Below, in pieces: positions 38,062 to 51,395 of a stretch of 64,000 nt of DNA (the stretch's first letter is position 1; each line of letters starts with the position of its first letter). Source of the stretch: Octopus sinensis (Eukaryota); contig NC_043000.1 of NCBI RefSeq assembly GCF_006345805.1, positions 150,598,001 through 150,662,000 on the forward strand, written 5' to 3'. Under the pieces are notes generated by a model. It was not told the origin of the DNA and did not search any database. It saw only the letters and a program-made list of their open reading frames with translations. A program made the position numbers and the translations under genes.

Positions 38062-38856
38062 GTAAAATAAAATTATACCAATATTGCTAACGCACATGCA
38101 CACAGACATCGTTTAGCGTCCGCTTTCCATACTAGCATGGGTTTGACGGTTCAACTGGGGTTTGGGAAGCCAGAAGACTGCACCAGGCCCAGTCTGATCT
38201 GGCAGTGTTTCTATGGCTGGATGCCCTTCATAACGCCAACCACTCTGTGAGTGTAGTGGGTGCCTTAGATATGCATGAGTGCATGAGTACATGTGCAAGC
38301 ATGTGTGCACACATGCACAAAAAGCATATTGAGATGTGCATGAACATGCACACACACACATTTTAATAATGTAGTATACACAATGTGCTTATATGTTTAT
38401 AGAATTATCACACTGAAAATACGCAATACAATGTCGTACAGATTGTAGCATATTATCCTGCAATCAACTTTGTTGAAGGTTTTGGCAAAGTCAGAATATA
38501 GAACATCTACATTTTGATAGCTGACCTTTTGTATCAGTACCCAGTCATAGTGTTGTAGCAGCTGTGTGAAGGAGATCCTTCATGGGTAGAAACCATGCCT
38601 CATGTCAGTGGACAAGCCGTTATTTTTCTAGGAATGCAATCAGCTTCCTTCTGTCAATGCATTCCTTGGCTTTGTTGACATGTAAGATCAGAAGGACAGG
38701 CTTGTGATAAGTTTTGCTCTACTCCCTCCTTTGTGGATAGGGCATATGATACCTTCTTCTTGCATTTTGGGAAGTTTGCCACTTGCAAGAAAAAATTATT
38801 CTAGCAAGTTTACATTTTGCTTGAACTTAAAATTTCCAGAGATCTTTAAATTTAAG

Positions 38857-39171
38857 GAGATGTATTTGCTAGCAAGTGACCTGATCTGAGATCGTGTGCT
38901 GGAACAAAAACAATTGCAGCATGGAAGGTGTTTATAAGCCATTTAAGAAACACAAAAACTGTTAAATTCACTTCAACATTTAAATTTAATTTGTCAAAAT
39001 ATTTTCGTCGCTTTGAGACTGCGACCTGTTCACTGACAAAATTCCATGCTACAAGTCGCGGTCTCAAAGTAACGAAAATATTTTGACAAATTAAATTTAA
39101 ATGTTAAAGTGAATTTAACGGTTTTTGTGTGTTTCTTAAATGGCTTATAAACACCTTCCATGCTGCAATTG
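38857..39171 (-). mobile_element. asymmetric fold-back element family B, full copy
   Basis: About 118-bp inverted arms (38908-39025 / 39055-39174), 50-bp one-sided extension, 12-bp TSD TTTAAATTTAAG (38845-38856, 39172-39183). Confidence 0.8.
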
Positions 39172-39298
39172 TTTAAATTTAAGAAAACAGAAGTATTAAA
39201 GTTTTAAAATAATAAAAGATTTGAAAATTTCAGAATTCATTCCATTCAAACTATAATTAAACCTGTTTTTATTATTCTAAATATGAAACAATGTTTAG

Positions 39299-39455
39299 TT
39301 TTCAGATTTCCAAAACCAAGCTCAGATTTAACAGATCTACGAGTAATTTTTGGGAATGTTAACCAGTTGTCTGCTTACATAGAACAATATGAAGAACATA
39401 TTTCCCAAGAATGGTTTGAACCATGGGAACAGTTTAATTGGGTTGTGAAAAATCT
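39299..39455 (+). CDS. RELCH: RELCH exon
   Basis: tttag/gtaagt; VFRFPKPSSDLTDLRVIFG...WEQFNWVVKNL, phase 1-2. Confidence 0.88.
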
Positions 39456-41745
39456 GTAAGTTTTCTATTAATTTTCTTCAAAATATTTTGAATTCTGATA
39501 ACTATTTTGAATGATTTCAGAGATTTCTGTTAAAAAGGTTAATCTTATTTCAGTCAGCTTAATATTAAATTAGAAAATTCATTTATATAGAAAATTCAGT
39601 CAAATCGTCCAACCCATGCTAGCAAAGAAAGCGGATGTTAAACAATGATTATATATATGGACGATTTGACTGAGGACTGGCAAATCAGATGGCTGCACCA
39701 GGCTCCAATCTTGATTTGGCAGTTTCTACAGCTGGATGCCCTTCCTAATGCCAACCACTCCGAGAGTGCAGTGGGTGCTTTTATGTGCCACCGGCACAGG
39801 GGCCAGTCAGGCAGTACTGGCAACGACCTCACTCAAATGTTTTGTCACAAACACACACACACACACACACATAACAGCATTTGAATTTTAGAAGAAATTG
39901 AATAGGTACAGGCATGGCTGTGTGCTTATGAAGTCTGCTTCACAGCCAAATGCTTTTGAATGTCTTGTATTATATCCTTAGGTTGAGCAAGACTTTGAGA
40001 GTGAAAGTAGTAGATAGAAACTGTACAGAAGCTTGTCATATACCATATCAGCATTATCATTCAATGTCCACTTTTCTATGCTTGCATAGATTAGATGGAA
40101 TTCATTGAGGCAGATTTTCTGTTGCTGGATGCTCTTGTCACCAGCCATCACCTGTTTCCAAGTAAGGATATATTTTCCCATGTCCGAATGTGTTTTCCAT
40201 GGAAGACTGGAAACGAACATCACTTGTATGACAGCGATGCTTCTTTATAACCAACACTTTTTAGAACCCACAAATATTTCTACAATGTACTTCTTTCAGT
40301 TTCTTTCTACCAAATCCACTCATGAAGCTTTGCTCAGTCCAAGGCTGTAATAGAAGAGACTTGCTCAAGATGCTGCACGGTGGGACTAAACACAAGACCA
40401 TATGGTTAGGAAGCAAGCATGTTACCCTCACAACCATGCCTATGTCTATTTTATGTGTGCGTGTGTGTTTGCATGTGACTGGTGATTCTCTGTAACCATA
40501 TTAACAGTTGAGTAAAAGATGGTGACATTGTTTAAAGTAGCCAATAAACAAATCTCCTATAGTTCAGTGGATTTGTGTAAACTGGTGAAATGAAATATAC
40601 CTTGCATGAAAAAGAACTTGGGGTTGGCAACAGTAAGAGCATCAAGCTGTAAAAATCTGCTTTAACAAATTGCATTTAACCCATACTAGCATAGAAAAAT
40701 TGGAAAATAAAAGATGATGATGATTGTTCTTGAAAAATCATTTTTTTTAAAGATACAGAAATAATTTATTCTCAAACACAGGATAATGCTAATACAATAG
40801 CATGAACAGGATAAACTATCCATATATTGCAGAAAAATTTGTCAGCGGCCAGCCATGAGACTTGAACTCACATCTCTGTGATTACGCATCAAGTGCTTTA
40901 CCTTTAATCTAAACTGCCCAGTGACAAATTGTTCTGCAATTGTAGGATTTATAAATCTAGCTTTATAAGATGCTAACATTAAATTCAACTTACAATGAAA
41001 GTAAATAAAGTTTGCTTTAGAAGCATTGAGAAGCGTTGAGATGTATCTCAACGCTTTTAATACATCTCAATGCTTCTAAAGTAAACTTTGTTGTTTACTT
41101 TCATTGTAAGTTGAATTTTTTTTTTAGTCTTTGAATGCTTCCCTACTTCATGTTGGTGGTATTTTGTGATAAAAGTACAGCCGTCATTCATAAGAGAGCA
41201 TGACTTGATAGCATGTACCATGCTTTTGCTAAGTATTTTAAGTGCCTTTGTGGTCACACACAGACATGTACACTCTCTTGGCCCCCTCACCCTTGACTTA
41301 TCGAAATACCCTGGATATGACTGCTGGAGGAACAGTGAGCTGCTCTTGACTGGTACCCATTTTCAGCTGAGCAGGCTGGAGTTGTGTGAAATGAAGTACT
41401 TTGCTCAAGGGTACAGTATACTGCCTGGTATGAGAGTTGAATTGGGATCGTATGTCCATGAGTTAAACACCTTAACCGCTTGGCCATGTTTTTTAAATTT
41501 TGTGATATTAGATATTTATATATTTGTATTCAGTATAATATATTGATACAACATAATAACCTGCGGTATAGTAATACCAGATAGTATTTGCTTCATGGTG
41601 GCCTTCATCAGCTTAAAGAAATACAAAATTTATTTCCCTAGTGAAGAATTTAACTCCACTGTTAATATATAATATTTTACTGAATCATCTAAGTTCTTAT
41701 TGTGATTTCAAATACTAAATATTTGTCTTTTTATATTTTCTTCAG

Positions 41746-41869
41746 AATACCTCGACTACAAGAAGTTGTTTCAGGTGTTGGATTAACCATTCCAGTCTTA
41801 ATCAGTATACTTTCCAAATACTTTTACAGAATATGTCGGACATTTGGCAGAACTTTTGTAGATAAAATG
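41746..41869 (+). CDS. RELCH: RELCH exon
   Basis: ttcag/gtatgg; IPRLQEVVSGVG...FYRICRTFGRTFVDKM. Confidence 0.92.
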
Positions 41870-44599
41870 GTATGGAACATATTAGATTATTCATATACTG
41901 TCTTTATTTTAAGATTTCAGTAGTATTTTCTTCCTTAATGATTTTGAATATTTGAAAGGTATATTGTTATATTACTTCCTTTGCATTGATTTCTCATAAA
42001 TTCAAGTACTGTTGAAAGTACGATATTAAAGCAATAATTTACAATTATTTAAAAAATAAAGTCATATTAGGTGCAGGAGTGGCTGTGTGGTAAGTAGCTT
42101 GCTAACCAACCACATGGTTCCGGGTTCAGTCCTACTGCGTGGTATCTTGGGCAAGTGTCTTCTGCTATAGCCCCGGGCCGACCAATGCCTTGTGAGTGGA
42201 TTTGGTAGACGGAAACTGAAAGAAGCCTATCGTATATATGTATATATAAGTGTGTGTGTATATGTTTGTGTGACTGTGTTTGTCCCCCTAGCATTGCTTG
42301 ACAACCGATGTTGGTGTGTTTACGTCCCCATCACTTAGCAGTTCGGCAAAAGAGACCGATAGAATAAGTACTGGGCTTACAAAGAATAAGTCCCGGGGTC
42401 GATTTGCTCGACTAAAGGCGGTGCTCCAGCATGGCCGCAGTCAAATGACTGAAACAAGTAAAAGAGTAAAAGAGTATTAGCCTTACTGCTTTATATCAGC
42501 TAAGAAATGAATATATTTCTTGCTCAAAAACCATATTGTACCAGAATCTAAAGGATATGAAAAAGAAGGAACTGCTGAATTACCCATCAGTTTTGAGTCT
42601 CCCAGATGGTAAACCAATAACGATCATGATGATGATGGCAGTGGTGGTGTTGCCAGCAGTAATAGAGAAAAATTAGAAAAAAGTTGATGGAGCCAGTAGT
42701 GATAGGCGCAGGAGTGGCTGTGTGGTAAGTAGCTTGCTAACCAACCACATGGTTCCGGGTTCAGTCCCACTGTGGCATCTTGGGCAAGTGTCTTCTGCTA
42801 TAGCCCCGGGCCGACCAATGCCTTGTGAGTGGATTTGGTAGACGGAAACTGAAAGAAGCCTGTCGTATATATGTATATATATGTGTGTGTATGTGTGTCT
42901 GTGTTTGTCCCCCTAGCATTGCTTGACAACCGATGCTGGTGTGTTTACATCCCCGTCACTTAGCGGTTCGGCAAAAAGAGACCGATAGAATAAGTACTGG
43001 GCTTACAACGAATAAGTCCCGGGGTCGATTTGCTCGACTAAAAGGCGGTGCTCCAGCATGGCCGCAGTCAAATGACTGAAACAAGTAAAAGAGTAAAGAG
43101 TATATAATTATTGATATTTTATTACTCTCATCATCTTCACCATCATCATTGTTGCAAGGATCAGTTGAAATTCATTGAGGCAATTTTCTGTGGCTGGATG
43201 TCCTTCCTGTTGCCAATCTTCACCTGCTTCCAAGTATGGTAAATATTCCTTGAAGGCCAGACATGTTTTCATGGAAAACTGGAAATGAAGGACTTCCCTT
43301 GTATGATGGTGACAGTTGTTTAGAACTATTCTGTGATGCCAAGACAATTGAGAAACAAACAGGCCCACACATTCATTATGGGCTTCTTTTACTGTCCATC
43401 TACTAAATCCATTCACAAGGCTTTGGTTGGCCTAGTGCTATAGTAAAAGACACTTGCCCTGGGTGCCATGCAGTGGAACTGAACCTGAGACTACATAGTT
43501 GTGATGCAAGCTTCTTAACCACACAGCCATGCCTGTGCCTTATGCAACAGTAACAAATAAGTTCCAGTAATTCTTCTACTGAGTGATGCTTGAAATCAGA
43601 ATTGATGTTCAAATTTACAGTTGAATCACAACCAATAAATTATAACATTTTATTTGCCTCCATGCCAAATTTTTCTTTTAATCATGGTTTTTTTTTGTCT
43701 TTCTGTGACAGTAATCTTTTTAACCAGTTCTGCATTTTAAAAATTTTCTCAAAATTTAACTTCTGCTTAAGTTAAGACTCATCAACTAGCCATGTTTCTT
43801 TTCTCAGTGATAATTTCTGTTATCTTTAAGTCTTAGCTTGCCAGATGACTGACCCTTTCAAGATAACAAATATTTTATATGTCTCTTGTTGACAAATGAA
43901 GTTTATTAATAAACATAGGCGTAGGAGTGGCTGTGTGGTAAGTAGCTTGCTTACGAACCACATGGTTCCGGGTTCAGTCCCACTGCGTGGCACCTTGGGC
44001 AAGTGTCTTCTATTATAGCCTCGGGCCGACCAATGCCTTGTGAGTGGATTTGGTAGACGGAAACTGAAAGAAGCCCGTCGTATATATGTATATATATGTG
44101 TGTGTGTATATGTTTGTGTGTCTGTGTTTGTCTCCCCAACATCGCTTGACAATCGATGCTGGTGTGTTTACTTCCCCGTAACTTAGCGGTTCAGCAAAAG
44201 AGACTGATAGAATAAGTATTGGGCTTACAAAGAATAAGTCCTGGGGTCGATTTGCTCGACTAAAAGGTGGTGCTGAAACAAGTAAAAGAGTAAAGAGTAA
44301 AGAGAGTTACATGCGTGTGCGTAGTAGTAGTAGTTGTTGTAGATATTATTGTTTTCTAAGTTTTCTTATCAACCAGGCTGTATTCTATTTTATGAGAAAT
44401 GTAGAAGTTCATTGTCTGCTTGTTCAGTTCTTCACTTTTGGGATATTGCTAAAAACTATGAGCTTTATCGTCTTTCATTTTGCGACAGTGAAAGAAAGAA
44501 AGCCCAGAACAAACCCCTTAAAAAAAACAAAAAAAAAACATTGAATATGTTTTCAGAAATTATACAAATAGCACTGTTCATAAAAGAACATAACATTAT

Positions 44600-45185
44600 A
44601 ATAATGAAATTATTGTATATAGTGCTCAGGTGCACCACAACTTGTCAGAAAGTGCATATAGAGTATATACAGTAATGTACAAATGTCTGGAAAGCGAACA
44701 ATACATGAGTCAGGTACATGCTTGTGTGTGTATGGAGGGGAGAAAATCAGGTGTAGTGTTGGCGAATCTCAGAAAGCATGGAAGTTTTGAAGGATGCAGT
44801 GCTCCAATAACTAACAACTGATGCTGGCAGCTTGTTCCATGCTTCAGCAACTCTCAGCATGAAAAAATGTTTCCTGAAGTCATGGGAGCTGTGCTGTTTT
44901 CTGACTTTGTAAATATGTCCACGGGTGTTAGATGGGTGGAGTTTGAAAAGGTGCTCAGAGTTATTGTTTGTACGATGGTTGATAATTTTATGGGTGTCTG
45001 CCAAGTCAGCTGCCAGACGTCGGAGTTTCAATGTGTCCATGCCCAGGGAAGTAAGGCGTTCAGAATATGGCAAATGCCTGATGGAGGGTATTCTTTTGGT
45101 TGCATGTCGCTGAACGGCTTCCAGACGATTGCGATAGGGGTTCCAGACTGGTGATGCAAATTCCAGGTGAGGTCTTACCATAGCT
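44600..45185 (-). mobile_element. CR1-clade LINE 3' fragment
   Basis: ORF VRPHLEFASPVWNPY...LEAVQRHATK...RRLAADL...TRGH...FF.LRVAEAWNKLP; second copy at about 55260-55710. Confidence 0.88.
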
Positions 45186-45311
45186 ATATAAAGCCGCTTT
45201 TGTATTTTCTTTTACTTTTTTTGTATGAATATTTTCTTGCTGAGAAATGAAAATGTCCTTTAACAATAAACCTAATTCAGAATTGTTGAAACATTAACAC
45301 TTTTTTTGCAG

Positions 45312-45357
45312 GTGAAACCTAAATTTCAAGATCTCTTAGTTATACCTGAAGGGGTAG
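45312..45357 (+). CDS. RELCH: RELCH exon
   Basis: ttgcag/gtaagt; VKPKFQDLLVIPEGV (human as recalled: VKPQFQEIL). Confidence 0.9.
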
Positions 45358-45912
45358 GTAAGTTGGCTATAAATATATTATCATTCATGTTGGTTTTGTT
45401 CAACCCCCAGGTCAGGCCTGAAAAAGCAGATCTATCTTCAAAGGTATTCTAGCCATGTTCATCTCATCTTATTTTAAGGCATAGTGTATCTAGGACTGCA
45501 ATATCCTATGTTTCCATTTTTTTGTTAAGACAGTAGGGAGTAAATTAAAGGGAAATTTGACTGCTGTTTCTTGCAGTTTGAGTGACCATGTAAAAACTCC
45601 CTTGCTGGCTTGATTATTCATATAATAAATAAAAACAAGAAATGCAAAACTCTTTGTTGAGATGTCGATGCCTTTTTTAATATTATAATTGACTTCATAG
45701 AGTTGATGCATTTATCTTAATAAGAGAAACTGAGTTGTATTTCAGTCTTAAATACAAATCATGAACACAGTTCTTGTCCTTCAACCCTCTCTTCTCTCTT
45801 TATCTCTTGATTAACAGTTCTTTTTTTTTTTATTAATAGTATACTGCTTGCTTCAGAGCTGCCAAGTGAATTTTTGGATGTAGATGTTTTAGTGTGTGTG
45901 TGTATTTCAAAT

Positions 45913-46128
45913 CACTTCACTGATCACTTTGACCGACAAGTCCGTCAGGCGTCCATTTGACACCGCTGGTCACAGCACGCTGTCCACTCCTCTCTGGATC
46001 GCGCCTTTCTCATCCACGTGATCCCAATCGTCCTCTTGAAATCGTCACTCCACCGTCGTGGAGGTCTTCCGGGTGGTCTTTTCCGCTCACGCGGGTACCA
46101 CTCGACAACTGCGTGCGTCCACCGATTC
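45913..46128 (-). mobile_element. young RTE-clade LINE 3' end
   Basis: Minus-strand peptide NRWTHAVVEWYPRERKRPPGRPPRRWSDDFKRTIG...; AAGTG-type tail; 14-bp TSD TGTGTATTTCAAAT. Confidence 0.85.
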
Positions 46129-46497
46129 TGTGTATTTCAAATAGTCAATCTTATCTAACTGTTAATAATAAATACGGCAATGCTATGTTCAACTTTGCCT
46201 TTCATCCCTTCAGGTCAATAAAAAGTATAAATCCCTAGTAGCAGATTGGTGGAATTGTTAAATAGTCAGGACAAAATGTCTTGCAGTATCTGTGTAGTTC
46301 TTTACTTCCTGACAGCCACTGTTGCAATGCCATAGTTGTATTGGCCTAAATCAGTAGTCATTCCCTTGGATAAACATTGGTGACATGGAGTGGGGAGATT
46401 TTCATGTATGGAGAAAAAGCCAGTCTTATTAAAAAAAATCTTGCCCAGGCTTGTACATACATGTGAAGATACATGGTCAGCCATGACTGATGGAAGA

Positions 46498-46537
<40 letters not shown>

Positions 46538-47407
46538 GTTTGTTTGTGGAGACACAATGGCCCACTGGTTAGGGCAGTGGACTCGCAGTTTCGATTCCCA
46601 GACTGGGTGTTGTGAGTGTTTTTTGAGCGAAAATACCTAAAAGCTCCACGAGGCCCTGGCAGGGGCTAGTGGCGATCCCTGCTGTACTCTTTCGCCACAA
46701 CTTTCTCTCACTCTTTCTTCTGTTGGCTTGCTTGCTTAGCCAGCAGGGTAGCGTCATATGAAGGCTAAAACAATGCGAAGCGCATTGTGACCAGCGAAGT
46801 GTAGCAACATCTGATAGCCTGGTCGGTCACGGTGGTCACGGTGATATATCATCATCATCATCATTTAACGTCCGTTTTCCGTTGGACGATTCGACCGGGG
46901 TCTGGTAAGCCATGGAGGCTGCACCAGGCTCTAGTCTGATTTGACCCTTCCTAATGCCAACCACTCCGTGACTGTATATATATGTATATATCATTATATA
47001 TATTATCATTATTATTATTTTCTGTGGACCTAGGAAAAAAGAATTAAAAATGGTAACTTATCAAGCCCCTCAGTTCCAAGCCATAGTATCCTAATTATTT
47101 CAGGTTGTGTTCTTATTGTATCCAGATTACGGGCCTTGTGTGACAGCAGATGTGCTGGAGTTCAACTCATCTGGTAGATATCTTGCTCGAATAGGACGTA
47201 TCTTACGAGGATGTGTTCAGAACTGGGAAAATGCATTGGATATTTTTGTTTACCGTGTTACACATCTTGCATGTGTATGTTAAGGATTCTGTCTCAATAT
47301 ATCTATCTCTTACCAGCAGGAATTTGTTAGGGGCTGTTTGTGGGTAGAGGCGACTGAGTAGTGGTCAGCCTAACTGCATTGAAGCTTATATACAAGCAGT
47401 ATTAAAA

Positions 47408-47641
47408 GGCGGCGAGCTGGCAGAAACGGTAGCACGCCGGGCGAAATGCGTAGCCGTATTTCGTCTGCCGTTACGTTCTGAGTTCAAATTCCGTCGAGGT
47501 CGACTTTGCCTTTCATCCTTTCGGGGTCGATAAATTAAGTACCAGTTACGCACTGGGGTCGATATAATCGACTTAATCCGTTTGTCTGTCCTTGTTTGTC
47601 CTCTCTGTGTTTAGCCCCTTGTGGGTAGTAAAGAAATAAGT
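47408..47641 (+). mobile_element. SINE family 2, full copy
   Basis: GGCGGCGAGCTGGCAGAA head, GAGTTCAAATTCC B box, GCCTTTCATCCTTTCGGGGTCGATAAA core. Confidence 0.85.
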
Positions 47642-50096
47642 ATTAAAAGCTCTCACTTACGCTACTAATGTCTTAGCGGACGGCATCGATATAGAACTTG
47701 GGTGTAGGCAAGCTAGAGTAGTCTCCCCTGAAATAATTGTGTCTTCCTCCTCCTCCTCCTTCCAACGCTTATTTCTACCCTTCCTTTTAATATAACATTT
47801 GACTTTGTATAAATGCCTTTATTTTTTTCTATTTTATTTATAAGAATTTTCTCTAATATTATTTTATAAAATAGTTTCTGTCGCCTATAGAAGGGTATAT
47901 ATTTTTCGAAATAATTTATATTGCCATTTCCCTTCATACTAACACGTTTTTGCTGCGTGTTACAAAATAGTATTCATGAATTATCTCTCTTTAATATAAT
48001 AATTTTTTTTTTGTCGTCTACAAAACTCTTGTTCATTATTCTTAATTAGTCGTAACTTAGGTATTTCTTTGTAAAATTTTTTATGTATTTAAAGTTTCAA
48101 CAATTTTTTCTTCTCTTTGTGATAGACAAGTTTTTATTTTGGGTCTATTACAAGAACTGAGCAAAATATTTCAGATTTGTTTGGTCTGGAAGATTTCAGT
48201 AATTTAAGTTAGAGAAATTGGCACTGCTTCTACTGCTGCTGCTGTTTACTAATAAATATATTACAGTTTAGCTCTTACTCAGCACTAATCAAGCATATGA
48301 TTGGATTTCCTGCCATGACCATCCCTTCTTTTTTCCTGCATAGTGTATCTAATACATTATCTAATCTGTCCTCTTTTAAGATGATAGGATGTAGCTTGAG
48401 GGAGAGTTTTGGTTGTTATTCCTAGAAGATTAAATGACCACATTAATTGACTCTCAACTGCTATTGTTACTACTATAAATTCTATATATCAGCCCCTCAT
48501 CAAACATTTAGTTTCATTTCATGTTTTGGCTTCAATTTTTGGTTGCAGACATTTTACTTCACATAAAGTGCTAATTATCTTGAAAAAGGTGTGCTATAAA
48601 TGTTATGCAGCTTTATAATCTGTCTCCTGCGAATATGAGATGAATATGAAACCTTGTTTTTCATCATCATCATTTAATTTCCGTTTTCCATGTTGGCATA
48701 GGTTGGTTGGTTTGCCAGGAGCCGACCAGCTGTTTTGGCATGGTTTCTATAGCTGGATGACCTTCCTAACGCCAACCACTTTTCAAAGTATACTGGATGC
48801 TTTTTGTGTACCATTAGCACCACTGCTATTGCAGTGCTCTATATGTGGCACCAACACTGGTGCCTTTTATATGATTAATTTTGAATACAAACTGAAATCT
48901 TCAGTTCAGAGTAAATATGTCCTTATAGAATTAGACAAAATTTTTCATTGGAAAATTACACAATTTCAGCGGTGGCCGTGGCCTTCGGGCTAAAACATTT
49001 TTAAGGATTTAAGGATTTTAAGGAATTGTTTTTACTTGAAACTAATTTAAAAGCTTAATTTGTAAGTTGAAAATTTACTTGAAGTTTTACAAGCAAAAAA
49101 ATTCCACTGCATGTGACAAGTCCCTGATTATATGCATATCAAATTAGTGCAGTGTGAATTAGAAAAATAAATATTAATAATTAAGAAAAGTTCAAGCATG
49201 CTGAGATGTTTTGAGAGGAGAAAGAAGTAGTGACTGTTTTATCTGGACACATTAATGACTTAAGAGAAGCAAAATTGCTTCAATCGTAAACTGAAACGAG
49301 GTCATTAATTTAACTCACTGAAAGAATAATGTCACCATAATTCTTTGTTTATATTCAACAACGCTCATTCTATAAGGCTCAAGTGACACTCACAAAATGG
49401 ATTATAGTCTCACATGTGGGACAGTGTTACTGTTATGCATATAGACATCCTAGATTGTATTCTCAGAGGAGGGTCTCTCAGCTGGCTGGCATTCAATCGC
49501 TAGCAGACATGCTCTAATCCCTGGGCCACAACCACGCTATCATTATCTTTGTTTCTTAAGCTCACTGGTCTCATACCTCCACCACTGCCGCCAATAACCT
49601 GACCCCAACATTAACTACCATATCTAGTACCTCTTATCAAGAACTTCAACCTTCTGGAATCTTATCCTTGCTCATGTCTTTCCTTCAAATGTTGATCTGC
49701 AGCAGTTTAAATAGAACATTAACAACATCAAGCTCACCAGTCATGGAAAACCTACAAAGGTTATCTTCTACCTTCAGCAAGTAAAGGAAAAAAAAAAATA
49801 CTTGGTGAACAATTTATATTTTTGAAGACAAATGATGATGTCAGTAATAATAGAGATGCTAATTTAATAATTTGGAACAGTCATTTTCCTTTTTTTTTTT
49901 TTTTTTTTTTTTTTTTGCTCCTTCAATTTTTGTTAGTCACTTGAAAACAAACACAGTGAAACCAAATATAAGCTTCTGGAAGACTTTCATGGAACTGAAA
50001 CACCAAAAATATACAAAACATAGAACTGCATGCTACTGTACCCCATAGCGGAAGTGTTAAGACTGAGCCTTCTGGTTGTGTAAAGCACCAATGGCG

Positions 50097-50570
50097 GTGT
50101 CACATAAAAGTGCCCGTGCAGCAACTTTTAAAAGGGTCCATGTGGCAGCATGTAAAAGTGCCCGTGCAGCAACTTTTAAAAGGGTCCATGTGGCAGCATG
50201 TAAAAGTGCCCGTGCAGCAACTTTTAAAAGGGTCCATGTGGCAGCATGTAAAAGTGCCCGTGCAGCAACTTTTAAAAGGGTCCATGTGGCAGCATGTAAA
50301 AGTGCCCGTGCAGCAACTTTTAAAAGGGTCCATGTGGCAGCATGTAAAAGTGCCCGTGCAGCAACTTGTGACACACAAAAGCACCTATGCGATGACATGC
50401 GAAAGCATCCGTGCGGTGACATGCAAAATCACCTGTGCGGTGACATGCGAAAGCACCTGTGCGGTGACATGCGAAAGCACCTGTGCGGTGACATGCGAAA
50501 GCACCTGTGCGGTGACATGCGAAAGCACCTGTGCAGTGACACGTGAAAGTTCCTTTGTGGTGACACACCA
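50097..50570 (+). repeat. minisatellite (48-bp then 24-bp units) inside an RTE-tail element
   Basis: About five near-identical 48-bp units, then about six 24-bp units GCGGTGACATGCGAAAGCACCTGT; followed by the AGGGCATCCAGCTGTAGAAAC tail. Confidence 0.92.
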
Positions 50571-50837
50571 AAAGTGCCTGTGTGGTGTCATGTAAAAGCA
50601 TCCAGCACACTGTAAAGTGGTCGGTGTAAGGGAGGGCATCCAGCTGTAGAAACCATGTCAAATCAGACTGGAGTCTGGTGTAGATCTCTGGCTGCCAGTT
50701 AGCATGATCAATGGACATTAAATGGTGATGATATTATTGCTAAAAGAGACATTATTAAAACTTTTATCAGATGTATTAATGACATCTTGGTTCTTTTCAG
50801 AATAGCATTAATTTTCTCCTGTGCTCTTTTCCCCTAG

Positions 50838-50923
50838 ATAACCGTGTGACAATAGGGCAAACAGCCTTAACAACTTGTATTGTTCCTGTGTATGCTGCTG
50901 GTGTTTTGTGTTCTTTTAATTCA
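50838..50923 (+). CDS. RELCH: RELCH exon
   Basis: cctag/gtaagt; DNRVTIGQTALTTCIVPVYAAGVLCSFNS (human as recalled: TVPIYATGVL). Confidence 0.92.
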
Positions 50924-51395
50924 GTAAGTTTTACTTGTTATATTTTCTACTTTACAACATTAAAATTTTTTTTTATCTATTTTCCAAAATAAAACATTTG
51001 GATCTTCTTTATCAATTTTCTTCATAAAGTGGTTGGCAGCTATAAAATGTTTGTTTGTTTTTAATATATCTTTATCTAATTCTTGCTTCAGTCATTAGAC
51101 TGCAACTATACTGGGGTACAAACTTGAAGGGTTTAGTCAAACAAATTGACCCCAGTACTTCTTTTTAAGCCTGGTCCTTATTGTTTTTTGTTTTTTTTTT
51201 TGGTGCTGAACTGCTAAGTTACAGGGATGTAAACAAACCAACATCAGTTGTCAAATGGTAGTGGGGAACACACACACACACACACACAAATGATGAGATT
51301 CTTTCAGTTTCCATTTACTAAATCCATTCACAAGGCTTTGGTTGGCCAGAGTCTACACTAGAAGGGACTATAATACAAGACACTTGCCTAAAAGA

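Noticed and set aside
50097-50570. Possible CRISPR-like array
   Set aside because: Units are contiguous with no unique spacers; eukaryotic minisatellite.
50057-50718. Long repeat-protein ORFs on both strands
   Set aside because: Artefact of 48- and 24-bp tandem units inside a retroelement tail; no splice or gene context.
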